Positions 1 through 9,599 are shown, numbered from the stretch's first letter. The stretch is 45,662 nt of DNA from Candidatus Woesearchaeota archaeon (GCA_018302505.1 JAGVZL010000052.1:1-45662), one strand, 5' to 3'. Notes: generated from the sequence alone by a model not told the origin. A program made the numbers and translations.

Positions 1-130
1 TTTATAGATTTTAAAATTATAATAAAATAAAAAACCACTTTAAAATTTTTTTAAGAAATTAAAGTTCCAAACGAAATTAGAGGGGGAGGGTAAAAATCTG
101 AATATTCTATAATATACCTTCTAAATAAGA

Positions 131-144
131 AAAATATATAAAGG
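131..144 (+). promoter_or_regulatory. TATA-box-like element
   Basis: AAAATATATAAAGG ends 21 nt before ATG 165. The same spacing recurs at many genes in this window. Confidence 0.4.
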
Positions 145-164
145 AGTTAGAGAACTAAGGAAAT

Positions 165-431
165 ATGGTTCAAGACGAAAATAAAAAATATTCTAAACAA
201 ATATTAGGTAAAACAGTTGTTTCTAAAACAGGAAAAAGATTTGGTGAAGTGGGAGACATAAGCTTTGAAACAAGAACAGGAGAACTACTCCAGATTTTAT
301 TAAGAAGCCCAACTAGTTATACCGAAGATTTAGATTTAGAGAGATCAAAAGAGGGTGAATTAATTATTCCATTCTCAGCAGTTATAGCAATAGGAGATTT
401 TGTAGTAGTAGCAGAAGAAGATATAATCTAA
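165..431 (+). CDS. PRC-barrel domain protein
   Basis: 88 aa. LGKTVVSKTGKRFGEVGDISFETRTGELLQILL fits the GxxVxxxxGxxlGxVxDhxhDxxtG pattern of PRC barrels. Confidence 0.55.
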   Translation: MVQDENKKYSKQILGKTVVSKTGKRFGEVGDISFETRTGELLQILLRSPTSYTEDLDLERSKEGELIIPFSAVIAIGDFVVVAEEDII

Positions 432-434
432 ACC

Positions 435-444
435 TTTAAAAATA
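435..444 (+). promoter_or_regulatory. TATA-box-like element for lonB
   Basis: TTTAAAAATA ends 21 nt before ATG 465. Confidence 0.45.
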
Positions 445-464
445 CCTTCTTTTCATATATCTTC

Positions 465-2321
465 ATGAATTTCAAAGACACTTCTGAAATAAATGTATCT
501 AATGTTATTATAGACCAAATAATAGGCCAAGATAATGTTATTAATATTATAAAAAAAGCCTCTAAACAAAGGCGCCATGTTCTTCTTATAGGCAATTCAG
601 GTACAGGTAAGTCTATGGCCGGTCAGGGAATGGCAGAACTATTGCCTCAAGAGAAACTAGTTGATATTTTATCTATAGATAACCCCGCAGATGATAATAA
701 CCCATTAATTAAGACCGTTCCAAAAGGAGAAGGTAAAAAAGTAATTCAAAAAGCAAAACTACAAGTAATGTCTTCTATGAAAAATCAAAATTTCATTTTT
801 TTGGTATTATTAATTTTATCTTTAATAACACCCTGGTTAGTAAGGTCAAAATTCGGGGATATAATGGGGGCAGCAAGTTTAATTGGTTCAATGATGGTTT
901 TAGTTTCATATGTTTTATTCATAAATGTTTCAAGAAAAGCCATAATCGGCCAGCAAATCAGAGTTCCAAAACTATTAGTAGACAATTCAACAACAAACAA
1001 AGCCCCATTCATAGATGCATCAGGAGCCCAGGTAGATGCTTTACTTGGAACAGTACTTCACGATCCTTTGCAGAGTGGGGGTTTAGGTACACCCGCCTAT
1101 GAAAGGGTTATCCCAGGATTTGTGCATAAAGCAAACGGTGGAGTTTTATTTATAGATGAAGTAGGTAATTTGCCCCCAACAGCCCAACAGGAACTATTAA
1201 CCGCCCTACAAGAAAAGAAGTTCCCAATCACATGCAGAACTGAAAGATCTTCAGGAGCTTCAGTAGTTACAACACCTGCACCAACTGATTTTGTTTTAAT
1301 TGCAGCAGGAACACCAGACACAATGGAAAATATGCATCCAGCCCTAAGATCAAGAATAAGGGGTTATGGCTATGAAGTATATATGAATAATGATATAGAT
1401 GATAATCAGGAAAACAGAGAAAGAATAGTAAGATTCATAGCACAAGAAATAAGAAAAGACGGAAAGATTCCTCATTTTACAAAAGAAGCTTGTGAATTAA
1501 TTATAGAAGAAGCAAAAAAACGTTCAGGAAGAGCAGGTAAACTAACTTTAAGATTGAGAGAATTAGGAGGTTTAGTTAGGGCAGCAGGAGATTTAGCATT
1601 AGAAGAAAATTCAAAACTTGTAAATCCAGATCACGTACAAAGAGCGAAAGCCTCAGCAAGAACATTAGAACAGCAAATAGCGGATAAATATATCGAGCAG
1701 AAAAAACAATACCAAGTTATTAGAACAAAAGGAGTACAAATAGGAAGGGTTAACGGCCTAGCAGTTTTAGGTTCTGATAATTACTATTCAGGAATTGTCT
1801 TGCCAATAGAGTCAGAAGTAACTCCAGGAGGAAAAAAGGCGGAATTCATAGCAACAGGCCAGTTAGGAAAGATTGCAAAAGAAGCAGTAAAGAATGTGTC
1901 CGCTATAATCCTAAAACATTTTGGAGAAGACCTAAAAGAAAAATATGATATCTTTACTCAATTTATAGGCACTAGTGAAGGAGTTGAAGGGGATTCAGCA
2001 TCAATAGCGGTAGCAACATCTATAGTTTCAGCATTAAAAAATGTTCCTGTTAGACAGGATACAGCAATGACCGGCTCTTTATCTGTTAGAGGAGAAGTTT
2101 TAGCAATAGGAGGAGCAACCGCAAAGATAGAGGCGGCAATAGAAGCAGGAATTCCAAGGGTAATAATCCCAAAGACAAATGAACAGGATATTGTCCTATC
2201 CCCAAAGCAGCTGTCTAAAGTTAAAATTATTCCCGTCTTAACAATTCAGGAAGTACTGAAAGAAGCATTATACTGGAAAGGAAATGAAAAGATTTTGAAG
2301 AAACTAACATCTCGTCGATAA
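465..2321 (+). CDS. lonB: Archaeal membrane-bound Lon protease (LonB type)
   Basis: 618 aa. Walker A is GNSGTGKS. Two hydrophobic helices ([30 protein letters not shown]) sit between Walker A and Walker B (VLFIDE), as in LonB. The protease domain carries GDSASIA. Confidence 0.9.
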   Translation: MNFKDTSEINVSNVIIDQIIGQDNVINIIKKASKQRRHVLLIGNSGTGKSMAGQGMAELLPQEKLVDILSIDNPADDNNPLIKTVPKGEGKKVIQKAKLQVMSSMKNQNFIFLVLLILSLITPWLVRSKFGDIMGAASLIGSMMVLVSYVLFINVSRKAIIGQQIRVPKLLVDNSTTNKAPFIDASGAQVDALLGTVLHDPLQSGGLGTPAYERVIPGFVHKANGGVLFIDEVGNLPPTAQQELLTALQEKKFPITCRTERSSGASVVTTPAPTDFVLIAAGTPDTMENMHPALRSRIRGYGYEVYMNNDIDDNQENRERIVRFIAQEIRKDGKIPHFTKEACELIIEEAKKRSGRAGKLTLRLRELGGLVRAAGDLALEENSKLVNPDHVQRAKASARTLEQQIADKYIEQKKQYQVIRTKGVQIGRVNGLAVLGSDNYYSGIVLPIESEVTPGGKKAEFIATGQLGKIAKEAVKNVSAIILKHFGEDLKEKYDIFTQFIGTSEGVEGDSASIAVATSIVSALKNVPVRQDTAMTGSLSVRGEVLAIGGATAKIEAAIEAGIPRVIIPKTNEQDIVLSPKQLSKVKIIPVLTIQEVLKEALYWKGNEKILKKLTSRR

Positions 2322-2328
2322 GGCAACC

Positions 2329-2338
2329 TTTAAATAAA
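2329..2338 (+). promoter_or_regulatory. TATA-box-like element
   Basis: TTTAAATAAA ends 21 nt before the internal ATG 2359. This argues that the true start of the next ORF is 2359, not 2338. Confidence 0.4.
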
Positions 2339-2850
2339 TGGGCACCACACTTATTTCTATGTTTATTAGAATTAAAAAACGTAAAAACGCTAAATATGCC
2401 TATCTAGTAAGAAACCGACGCTATAAGACAAAACCCCGCCATAGACAAAAAGTAGTTAGATATTTAGGGAGAGTTTTAACCCCGGAAAAACAACCCAGAA
2501 TAAAGGGAGATATAACAAATTTAACATTTAAAGAGTCTGTTATTAACCTTCTAAAAACAGAATTGATAAACCACGATTTCAAAGAAAAAAACAACGAATT
2601 CATCCAGGACAATATTAAAGTAAGTATAGAAGATAAGACCGTAACAAAGAATAATAAAATCGTGTCAATAGAATTAAATGAAGGTTTCTTAAACAATTAC
2701 ACATTAAAAGAATTATTAAACTTTGAATTCAATATCAAGCAGCCGCCCTTAATTCAAGGCCATAATTTAGCAAACCTATTAATCTCATCAGGTATTAAAC
2801 TATCTCCATCTAAATTCTTAAAATTATTCAAAAAAATACATAATCCTTAA
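2338..2850 (+). CDS. Hypothetical protein with basic N-terminus (probable start ATG 2359)
   Basis: 170-aa ORF. The N-terminus FIRIKKRKNAKYAYLVRNRRYKTKPRHRQKVVRYLGR is highly basic. I recognised no family. Confidence 0.4.
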   Translation: MGTTLISMFIRIKKRKNAKYAYLVRNRRYKTKPRHRQKVVRYLGRVLTPEKQPRIKGDITNLTFKESVINLLKTELINHDFKEKNNEFIQDNIKVSIEDKTVTKNNKIVSIELNEGFLNNYTLKELLNFEFNIKQPPLIQGHNLANLLISSGIKLSPSKFLKLFKKIHNP

Positions 2851-2856
2851 AAATAA
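2846..2856 (+). promoter_or_regulatory. TATA-box-like element for argS
   Basis: CTTAAAAATAA ends 20 nt before ATG 2876 and overlaps the stop codon of the upstream ORF. Confidence 0.45.
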
Positions 2857-2875
2857 TGCTTTCTTAGTAAATGTT

Positions 2876-4531
2876 ATGAATATAGAATCTATAATTATTA
2901 ATTTATTAAAGAAACAAACAAAATTAAAAGAGATAACTTTAGAAAATCCCCCAGATCCAAAGTTAGGAGATTATGCCTTCCCATGTTTTCAATTGTCTAA
3001 AACATCAAAGAAATCACCGGTAGAAATAGCTAAATCCTTAGAATCTATTAAATTACCAAAAGAGATAGAGAAAGTAAAGGCAATAGGTCCATATCTAAAT
3101 TTTTACATAAACCCAAACCGACTAGCAGAATCAGTAATTAAACAAATCTTAAAAGAAAAAAATAAGTACGGAGCTAAAAAGAATAAGGAAAAAATAATAG
3201 TCGAGTACGTTTCACCCAATACAAATAAATCCCTGCATCTAGGTCACGTCAGAAACGGTCTATTAGGAACAGCATTGTCCAATATTCTACAATCTCAAGG
3301 TTATAATGTGATTAAAGCTTCTCTAAATAATGATAGAGGTACTGGAATGTCAGAAGCAATGTTAGGGTACTTAATGTATCATAAGGGAGAAAACCCCAAA
3401 ACAAAACCCGATCATTTTGTAGCTCAATGCTATGTGGATTATAAACAATCAGAAACTGAAGAAACAAAAGCTAAAGTACAAAAATTAACCCTAGATTGGG
3501 AAAATAATAATAAAGAAGTTAGGGAATTATGGAGCAAACTAACAAAATGGGTTTACCAAGGCTACAAAGAGACATATAAAAACCTAGGTATCGAATTTGA
3601 CAAAGAGTATTACGAATCTAAGATATACACAAAAGGAAAAGAAATTGTTCATCAAGGTCTAAAAAAGGGGATTTTCAAAAAGAAAGACGGGGTAATAATC
3701 GCCAAATTAGAAAAATATAATCTTCCTGATAAGATCTTAATAAAATCTGATGGTACTTCTCTCTACATGACTCAGGATTTATATTTAGCTAAATTAAAAG
3801 AACAGGATTTTAAGATAGATAGATCTATTTACGTAGTAGCTTCAGAACAGGATTTGCATTTTAAGCAATTATTCCAAATATTAGAACTATTAGATTTTAA
3901 AGTGTCAAAAAAATGTTATCATTTAAGTTATGGTTTAGTTAATCTACATTCAGGGAGAATGAAATCCAGGGAAGGAAATGTAATAGATGCAGATGACATA
4001 ATAGAAGAAGTTACGTCTTTAGCAAGAGAAGAATTAAAAAAGAGAGAAGAAAAAGACATAGAAAAGAAAGCAAGAATAATAGGACTGGCAGCATTAAAAT
4101 TCTTCATGCTTAAATTTGATAATGCTACTTCATTTGTTTATGATCCCCAACAATCCTTAAGTTTTGAAGGCGAAACAGGCCCATATTGTCAATACACTTA
4201 CGCAAGAATAAAATCTATTTTAAGGAAATGCAAGACCAAAGTGCCGGTTAAAATTACTGATTTAACGACGGGAGAAGAAAAGAATATTATAATGTTGCTT
4301 TACAAATACCCCAAAGTTCTTGAATATTCAGCTGAAAACTATAAACCACATTTACTTTCAAGATTTATCCTAGATTTATGTCAGGCCTTTAACGAATTTT
4401 ACCATCAACATCAGATATTAAAAGCAGAAAAAGACTTAAAGGTATCAAGGTTAAATCTAATAATCGCAACATCAATAATAATTGAGAATAGCTTAAAACT
4501 ATTAGGAATAGAAACACTGGAATCTATGTAA
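2876..4531 (+). CDS. argS: Arginine--tRNA ligase
   Basis: 551 aa. It has the HIGH-type motif SPNTNKSLHLGHVRN, an MKSREG (KMSK-like) motif, and a C-terminal anticodon-binding region typical of ArgRS. Confidence 0.9.
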   Translation: MNIESIIINLLKKQTKLKEITLENPPDPKLGDYAFPCFQLSKTSKKSPVEIAKSLESIKLPKEIEKVKAIGPYLNFYINPNRLAESVIKQILKEKNKYGAKKNKEKIIVEYVSPNTNKSLHLGHVRNGLLGTALSNILQSQGYNVIKASLNNDRGTGMSEAMLGYLMYHKGENPKTKPDHFVAQCYVDYKQSETEETKAKVQKLTLDWENNNKEVRELWSKLTKWVYQGYKETYKNLGIEFDKEYYESKIYTKGKEIVHQGLKKGIFKKKDGVIIAKLEKYNLPDKILIKSDGTSLYMTQDLYLAKLKEQDFKIDRSIYVVASEQDLHFKQLFQILELLDFKVSKKCYHLSYGLVNLHSGRMKSREGNVIDADDIIEEVTSLAREELKKREEKDIEKKARIIGLAALKFFMLKFDNATSFVYDPQQSLSFEGETGPYCQYTYARIKSILRKCKTKVPVKITDLTTGEEKNIIMLLYKYPKVLEYSAENYKPHLLSRFILDLCQAFNEFYHQHQILKAEKDLKVSRLNLIIATSIIIENSLKLLGIETLESM

Positions 4532-4545
4532 ATCACTATAATAAA

Positions 4546-4555
4546 CTTTAAAAAC
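4546..4555 (+). promoter_or_regulatory. TATA-box-like element
   Basis: CTTTAAAAAC ends 22 nt before ATG 4577. Confidence 0.45.
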
Positions 4556-4576
4556 CCCCCATTCTTAAAAAATATC

Positions 4577-5029
4577 ATGCCAATTGTAGGTTTTAATTTT
4601 GACAAGTTAAGTGTAGAAAGGAAAGCCCCATTACAGAAAGGAATGAAAGCCACCCATAATATTACAATAGATGATATTAAGGAAGAGCCTCTTAATTTAG
4701 GTGAGAAAACTAAAAAACAAGGGTTAAAGTTTTCTTTTGAATATATTGTGGACTATCAGCCAAAGATTGGTGAAGTTCTGATTAAAGGGCATATCCTCTA
4801 TCTTGATGATGAAAAGAAGATAAAAGAAATCGTATCCAAATGGAAAAAAGAAAAGAAGATGGATGCGGATATCACAGCACATTTAATCAACACGGCGATA
4901 ATAAAATCCACGATAAAAGCATTAACTTTAGCTCAGGATTTGAATTTGCCTCCTCATCTACCTATTCCAACAGTTGTTAGAAGACAAGAAACAAAAATCT
5001 CAGATAACGCTAAAGATTATATAGGTTAA
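4577..5029 (+). CDS. Hypothetical protein
   Basis: 150-aa ORF with backbone-like Lys/Ile-rich composition and a promoter box at the canonical spacing. I did not recognise a family with confidence. Confidence 0.4.
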   Translation: MPIVGFNFDKLSVERKAPLQKGMKATHNITIDDIKEEPLNLGEKTKKQGLKFSFEYIVDYQPKIGEVLIKGHILYLDDEKKIKEIVSKWKKEKKMDADITAHLINTAIIKSTIKALTLAQDLNLPPHLPIPTVVRRQETKISDNAKDYIG

Positions 5030-5053
5030 TTCTAAAATAAAAAAGAAGGAATC

Positions 5054-5224
5054 TTAAAGATCCCTAGAAGATACTGTTTTTCTGTTATTTGCTTTTGCTC
5101 TTTGAGCTGCTTTCCTTATCAAATTAGCAACTTCATCGTTAAGTGCATTTGCAAAATCACCAGAGACGTTGCAACCTTCTGCATGGTCCTTTATTTTCGA
5201 TCTTACAACAACCAAATCTGTCAT
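5054..5224 (-). CDS. Small histone-fold-like protein (DUF1931-like), absent from the ORF track
   Basis: My own translation of the minus strand gives MTDLVVVRSKIKDHAEGCNVSGDFANALNDEVANLIRKAAQRAKANNRKTVSSRDL (56 aa). A strong Shine-Dalgarno GAGGTGA sits 4 nt upstream of the ATG. The pattern SGDF..aLnxxVxxlIxkAxxRAkaNxRKTv resembles single histone-fold proteins. Confidence 0.5.
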   Translation of the reverse strand: MTDLVVVRSKIKDHAEGCNVSGDFANALNDEVANLIRKAAQRAKANNRKTVSSRDL

Positions 5225-5373
5225 TATTTCACCTCGCTATGTTATTTTAATAATCTTGGTTTAACTATTTTTCTTTAAATAATTTGTGGTTTACAGCCTC
5301 CAAATAGGCAAAATACTAGGGTTTAAGGATATTAGGAAACCCATAAGGAAATTAGGATATTCGTGAACAATAA

Positions 5374-6018
<645 letters not shown>

Positions 6019-6033
6019 GCCCAAATAGCTCTC

Positions 6034-6040
6034 TTTTTTT
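6034..6040 (+). terminator. Oligo-T tract downstream of ORF ending at 6018
   Basis: A T7 run lies 16 nt after the stop codon. Archaeal termination commonly uses oligo-T. Confidence 0.25.
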
Positions 6041-6080
6041 AATAAAATAACTTTTATTATGAGGAAATAACCAAGAATAC

Positions 6081-6191
6081 CACTCACTTTTGTTATTTAT
6101 CAGAACTATTCACTATATAATCTCTCTTCATACATTCTTTTTTATTATTAGTGCCCCTATATTATCACTCACTTTGTCATTTATCACGAAC
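6081..6191. repeat. Pair of about 26-bp direct repeats (iteron-like)
   Basis: CACTCACTTTTGTTATTTATCAGAAC (6081-6106) and CACTCACTTTGTCATTTATCACGAAC (6166-6191) are near-identical. Confidence 0.8.
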
Positions 6192-6290
6192 TTTTAAAGA
6201 ATTACTATTCGACGAACTTTGTAGGAACAATCTATAGAAACTATAGAACGTTTATAGGATAATTCTTTCAAAGGCCAAGTATTAAATACC

Positions 6291-6369
6291 TTCCTACGGA
6301 CGTCGTAGACGTCTACGACACTTCCTACGACAGTCGTCGACAAGTCGTCGACATATATTTTACCGTCGA
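6291..6369. repeat. CpG-rich repeat/palindrome cluster (candidate operator or origin element)
   Basis: TTCCTACG(G)AC occurs twice (6291-6301, 6322-6331). A perfect 18-bp palindrome GTCGTAGACGTCTACGAC spans 6302-6319. GTCGTCGAC occurs twice (6333-6341, 6344-6352), and CGTCGA occurs at 6364-6369. The cluster lies just upstream of TATA ATATATAAAT (6373-6382). Confidence 0.85.
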
Positions 6370-6403
6370 AAAATATATAAATAAGAAAGTATCTATAAAG
6401 AAC

Positions 6404-6982
6404 ATGTTAAAGTGGTTGATAGGAAATCATGTAAAAAAAGAAATTAAAGATCATTTGAATAATTTACATCTTCACCTAGCACATTCTTTCTCAAATATCA
6501 AAGACGATATCTCAAATATCCATGTACATCTTAAAAATAAAGACCAAAAATTCTTAGAATTAGAACATAAAATTCACTTATTGGAAACAAAATTATTTTA
6601 TGCCTTACAACCTAGGGAAGCTCCAAAACAAATAGCAGAATCAGAAGAAGATGAAGTGGAACTCAAAGAAGAAGCAGTGAGGGTGGATCATGAATTAACC
6701 CATACACAACAAACTATCCTAGCAGCCTTATATCAACTACAATCTCAATTTAACAGTCCCATCTCTTTCAAATCGTTAGCTAAATACCTATACCCCGCAA
6801 AGGACTATACTGCTGTAAGAACCACATTATCAGAATATTTAGACCTCTTAACCGAATATAATCTAGTTTCAAAGAAGAAAGTTGGTAGGGAAACTGTGGC
6901 AAAAACAACGAAAAAAGGTCAAAAGTTAGCCAAATCAATCTTAAAAAATAAAAATAACAAATTAAATATTGAAATAGGTTAA
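6404..6982 (+). CDS. Coiled-coil + winged-helix DNA-binding protein
   Basis: 192 aa. The N-terminus is heptad-like (HLNNLHLHLAHSFSNIKDDISNIHVHLKNKDQKFLELEHKIHLLETKL), followed by an acidic linker and a C-terminal wHTH-like segment (TQQTILAALYQLQ...ISFKSLAKYL...LSEYLDLLTEYNLVSKKKVGRE). A TATA box ends 22 nt upstream. Confidence 0.5.
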   Translation: MLKWLIGNHVKKEIKDHLNNLHLHLAHSFSNIKDDISNIHVHLKNKDQKFLELEHKIHLLETKLFYALQPREAPKQIAESEEDEVELKEEAVRVDHELTHTQQTILAALYQLQSQFNSPISFKSLAKYLYPAKDYTAVRTTLSEYLDLLTEYNLVSKKKVGRETVAKTTKKGQKLAKSILKNKNNKLNIEIG

Positions 6983-7029
6983 CTTATTTCAATTAATTTT
7001 ATATACTTGTTTCACTTTCCATTAAAATA

Positions 7030-7266
7030 ATGACGGAAACTTTGGAAGAAGTGGCGATAAATGATGACGGCTATCCAAGAGTATCTGAAATCTGTTTAAA
7101 TCATATTTTAGGGCTTAATCAACTTTCTCAAGAACAACTTCAAAGACTAATGGAAATAGGAGATCATGATAAATATAAATTCTGTTCAGGCTGCAAACGG
7201 GATTGGGGGAATCAATATTGCCAAGATTATAACCCTTATCTCTTAATAAAAGGAGTTCACACATAA
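7030..7266 (+). CDS. Hypothetical small protein
   Basis: 78-aa ORF with non-backbone composition. It contains CSGC and a further Cys. I recognised no family. Confidence 0.3.
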   Translation: MTETLEEVAINDDGYPRVSEICLNHILGLNQLSQEQLQRLMEIGDHDKYKFCSGCKRDWGNQYCQDYNPYLLIKGVHT

Positions 7267-7316
7267 AAATTCTAAGCAATTCTTAAAATATTTATTCAAC
7301 CAAAAAATTTAAAAAT

Positions 7317-7354
7317 AAGTGTATATTTGTTAGTTAAGTGTATATTTGTTAGTT
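7317..7354. repeat. Perfect 19-bp tandem duplication AAGTGTATATTTGTTAGTT x2
   Basis: 7317-7335 and 7336-7354 are identical. The repeat ends 2 nt before ATG 7357, and each copy carries a TATA-like TATATTT. Confidence 0.95.
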
Positions 7355-7356
7355 AA

Positions 7357-7740
7357 ATGGTAGAAAAAATAAACCATCAAGATATTTCCTTAGATAATGT
7401 GGCTGTTTTGACAGATATGGGCATTAATCAAAGACAAGCCCTAGAAACATTAGCTGTTTTTTCAGATTTAAGGATTGCAATGGCAGTAGTAGGGACTTAT
7501 AAACATCCTCCAACAAAATTGGGTCAAACTTTTGGAGATTATGATCATTATCTTACCCAAATTATATATGCAATATCAGGTATATCTCCCCCTTCTGATG
7601 AGCTTACTTTATATGAAGATGAAGTTGCAGAGCGGACTACAATGGTTTCAGAAAGAGAATTACATCAAGATCGTTATAGGGACAGACCTTGGAATTCTAG
7701 CCATTTTTATGAGCATTTAGCATCCAGATTAGGAGAATAA
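7357..7740 (+). CDS. Hypothetical protein (possible UBA-like N-terminal segment)
   Basis: 127 aa. DISLDNVAVLTDMGINQRQALETLAVFSDLRIAMAVV weakly resembles a UBA-type three-helix motif. Composition is non-backbone (Arg/Asp/His/Tyr-rich). Confidence 0.35.
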   Translation: MVEKINHQDISLDNVAVLTDMGINQRQALETLAVFSDLRIAMAVVGTYKHPPTKLGQTFGDYDHYLTQIIYAISGISPPSDELTLYEDEVAERTTMVSERELHQDRYRDRPWNSSHFYEHLASRLGE

Positions 7741-7941
7741 AACTTTTAAGCAAAAACTAAAACTTTTATTTTAATTAAAATCATTCTAAAAATGTAATAC
7801 TCTTCCTAATCTCTTAGGTAAAATGTCCCAAAACATGCCTAAAACGTAATATTTCCACCAAGTATTACATTCAAATTCAAATTTTGCCACTACAAGGCTT
7901 GTACATAAACTATATAAACTAATTCGTCTAATGCTAATTAG

Positions 7942-8784
7942 ATGAAAAATGATGAGGTGATAGAAAAAGTAGAAAGAGAATTAAAATTGTTAGGGCTTAG
8001 TCCTAGAACCATTAGCTCTTATCAACTATATCTTAAAGAACTATTCAAATTTACTGGAAAACTTCATTCAAGAATTCAGTTTAAAGATATTAAGCAATTC
8101 TTAGAATATTTAACTTTAGAAAAAAACTATTCCGGCTCAAGTTTAAACATCGTGAGATCAGCAATTTCTTTCTATTATGAGAAAATGTTAGAAAAATATC
8201 CTATTAGTAAGATAAGGGTTAAGAAAGTAGGCAAAAAACTTCCAGGAGTCTTAACAAAACAAGAAGTAAAAAAAATAATTGATGTAGCCGATAGCCTAAG
8301 AGATAAATTAATAGTTCAAATAATGTATTCCTGTGGTTTAAGGGTTTCCGAAGCTACAAACCTAAAATTAGAAGACTTAGATACCTCTAGAATGGTTGGC
8401 ATTATTAGGTCTGGAAAAGGAAACAAAGATAGGGCAATTCAATTAAACACACCATTAGTAAACAATATTGAAGCTTATCTCAAAACTAAAAAACTACCTT
8501 CAAAATTCATATTTTCAAAAACAAATGGAACACCTTACACTACTAGATCTTTTCAGATTATCATAAAAAAACTAGCAGAAAAAGCAGGAATAACAAAAAG
8601 GGTCCATTCCCATATATTTAGACATGCTTTTGGAACTCATTTAGTTGAAAAAGGAATAAACATTGTAAGGGTGCAGGGAATGATGGGTCATTCTAATTTG
8701 GAAACAACAAAAACTTATGTTAATCTATCTGCTGAGCAATTTAAAGGAGTTGGAAATTTATTGGATGATTTGGAAGAAGAATGA
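7942..8784 (+). CDS. Tyrosine recombinase / integrase (XerA/XerC-D family)
   Basis: 280 aa. Catalytic signature: GLRVSEATNL (Arg), KGNKDRAI (Lys), HSHIFRHAFGTHL (His-x-x-Arg), GHSNLETTKTYVNL (His...Tyr). Confidence 0.85.
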   Translation: MKNDEVIEKVERELKLLGLSPRTISSYQLYLKELFKFTGKLHSRIQFKDIKQFLEYLTLEKNYSGSSLNIVRSAISFYYEKMLEKYPISKIRVKKVGKKLPGVLTKQEVKKIIDVADSLRDKLIVQIMYSCGLRVSEATNLKLEDLDTSRMVGIIRSGKGNKDRAIQLNTPLVNNIEAYLKTKKLPSKFIFSKTNGTPYTTRSFQIIIKKLAEKAGITKRVHSHIFRHAFGTHLVEKGINIVRVQGMMGHSNLETTKTYVNLSAEQFKGVGNLLDDLEEE

Positions 8785-9323
8785 AAGACACAATATCTGT
8801 CAAGACAATAGAAATGGTGCAAGACATATTTCAACAAGGAGATGAAAGATATAACGATTATCAAAGTGCAATAGATGTTGCAGAATTCATAGATAATAAT
8901 GCAATAATAGTAGAGAAAAAAGAAATAGATGCTGTAAAAATTCCTAAAAAAGAAATAGACGAAATAAATGGACCTCAGCAATATTACAAAGCACTGGCAA
9001 AAAGAGTCTCAGATAAGAAAGGTTACAGATTTATAGGCTATGAAAAAAATTTCCCTGGCGGAATAGTTGATGCTCTAGCAGAAGATACTTCCGGAAATAA
9101 AATTGCCATAGAATGCTGTTCATGCAGGATTTCCAAGGCAATAAGCTACTTAGAAGAAGAAAACACTATTTTATGGATATTATCTATTTCAGATAAACCA
9201 ATAGAAGTTACAAAATACCCCCTATTTATAATCAAAAGAGGCCCAAATTGGGATGCTGTCTATAAAAGATATAATGGCTGGAGAATAAATTTAATTAAAA
9301 ACGTTAAAAGTCCAAGGGATTAA
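8781..9323 (+). CDS. Hypothetical protein coupled to the recombinase gene
   Basis: 180 aa. Its start overlaps the recombinase stop (ATGA at 8781-8784). The C-terminal half (GIVDALAED..NKIAIECCS) could be a degenerate PD-(D/E)xK fold, but I cannot support that firmly. Confidence 0.4.
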   Translation: MKDTISVKTIEMVQDIFQQGDERYNDYQSAIDVAEFIDNNAIIVEKKEIDAVKIPKKEIDEINGPQQYYKALAKRVSDKKGYRFIGYEKNFPGGIVDALAEDTSGNKIAIECCSCRISKAISYLEEENTILWILSISDKPIEVTKYPLFIIKRGPNWDAVYKRYNGWRINLIKNVKSPRD

Positions 9324-9598
9324 CTTTTTTTGTAAATATTGTCATGATGGTCATAATCAGTAAAATAAATGAAATCTTTTTGTTTATCATAAGAAAACAC
9401 AAGCACAAAAGATTTTTTAATATGTACACTTTTAAATAATTGTAATGGATTCCTCAGGTTCTTATAATGCTCAGGATCATCACAATTAATAATTTCTTTA
9501 ATTTTATTCAGAATCTGCCCATAAGCATCTTTATCTTTTTTTGAAATTTTCTCCAATGTTTTTTCTAGATTTTTGCTTAATTTATAAGGACGAGCCAT
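9320..9598 (-). CDS. RelE/ParE-superfamily toxin (type II TA)
   Basis: 92 aa. The pattern LEKISKKDKDAY..ILNKIKEI...HYKNL..PLQLFKSVHIKKSFVLVFSYD....IYFTDYDHHDNIYK matches RelE/StbE-like toxins. It lies 1 nt downstream of a small antitoxin-like ORF. Confidence 0.6.
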   Translation of the reverse strand: MARPYKLSKNLEKTLEKISKKDKDAYGQILNKIKEIINCDDPEHYKNLRNPLQLFKSVHIKKSFVLVFSYDKQKDFIYFTDYDHHDNIYKKS

Positions 9599-9599
9599 T

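Noticed and set aside
4577-5029. A possible SecB-like chaperone assignment for ORF 4577-5029.
   Set aside because: I noticed only a loose pattern resemblance: FxFxKLSVE near the N-terminus and LPPxLPIP near the C-terminus. That is not enough to make the call without a profile search.
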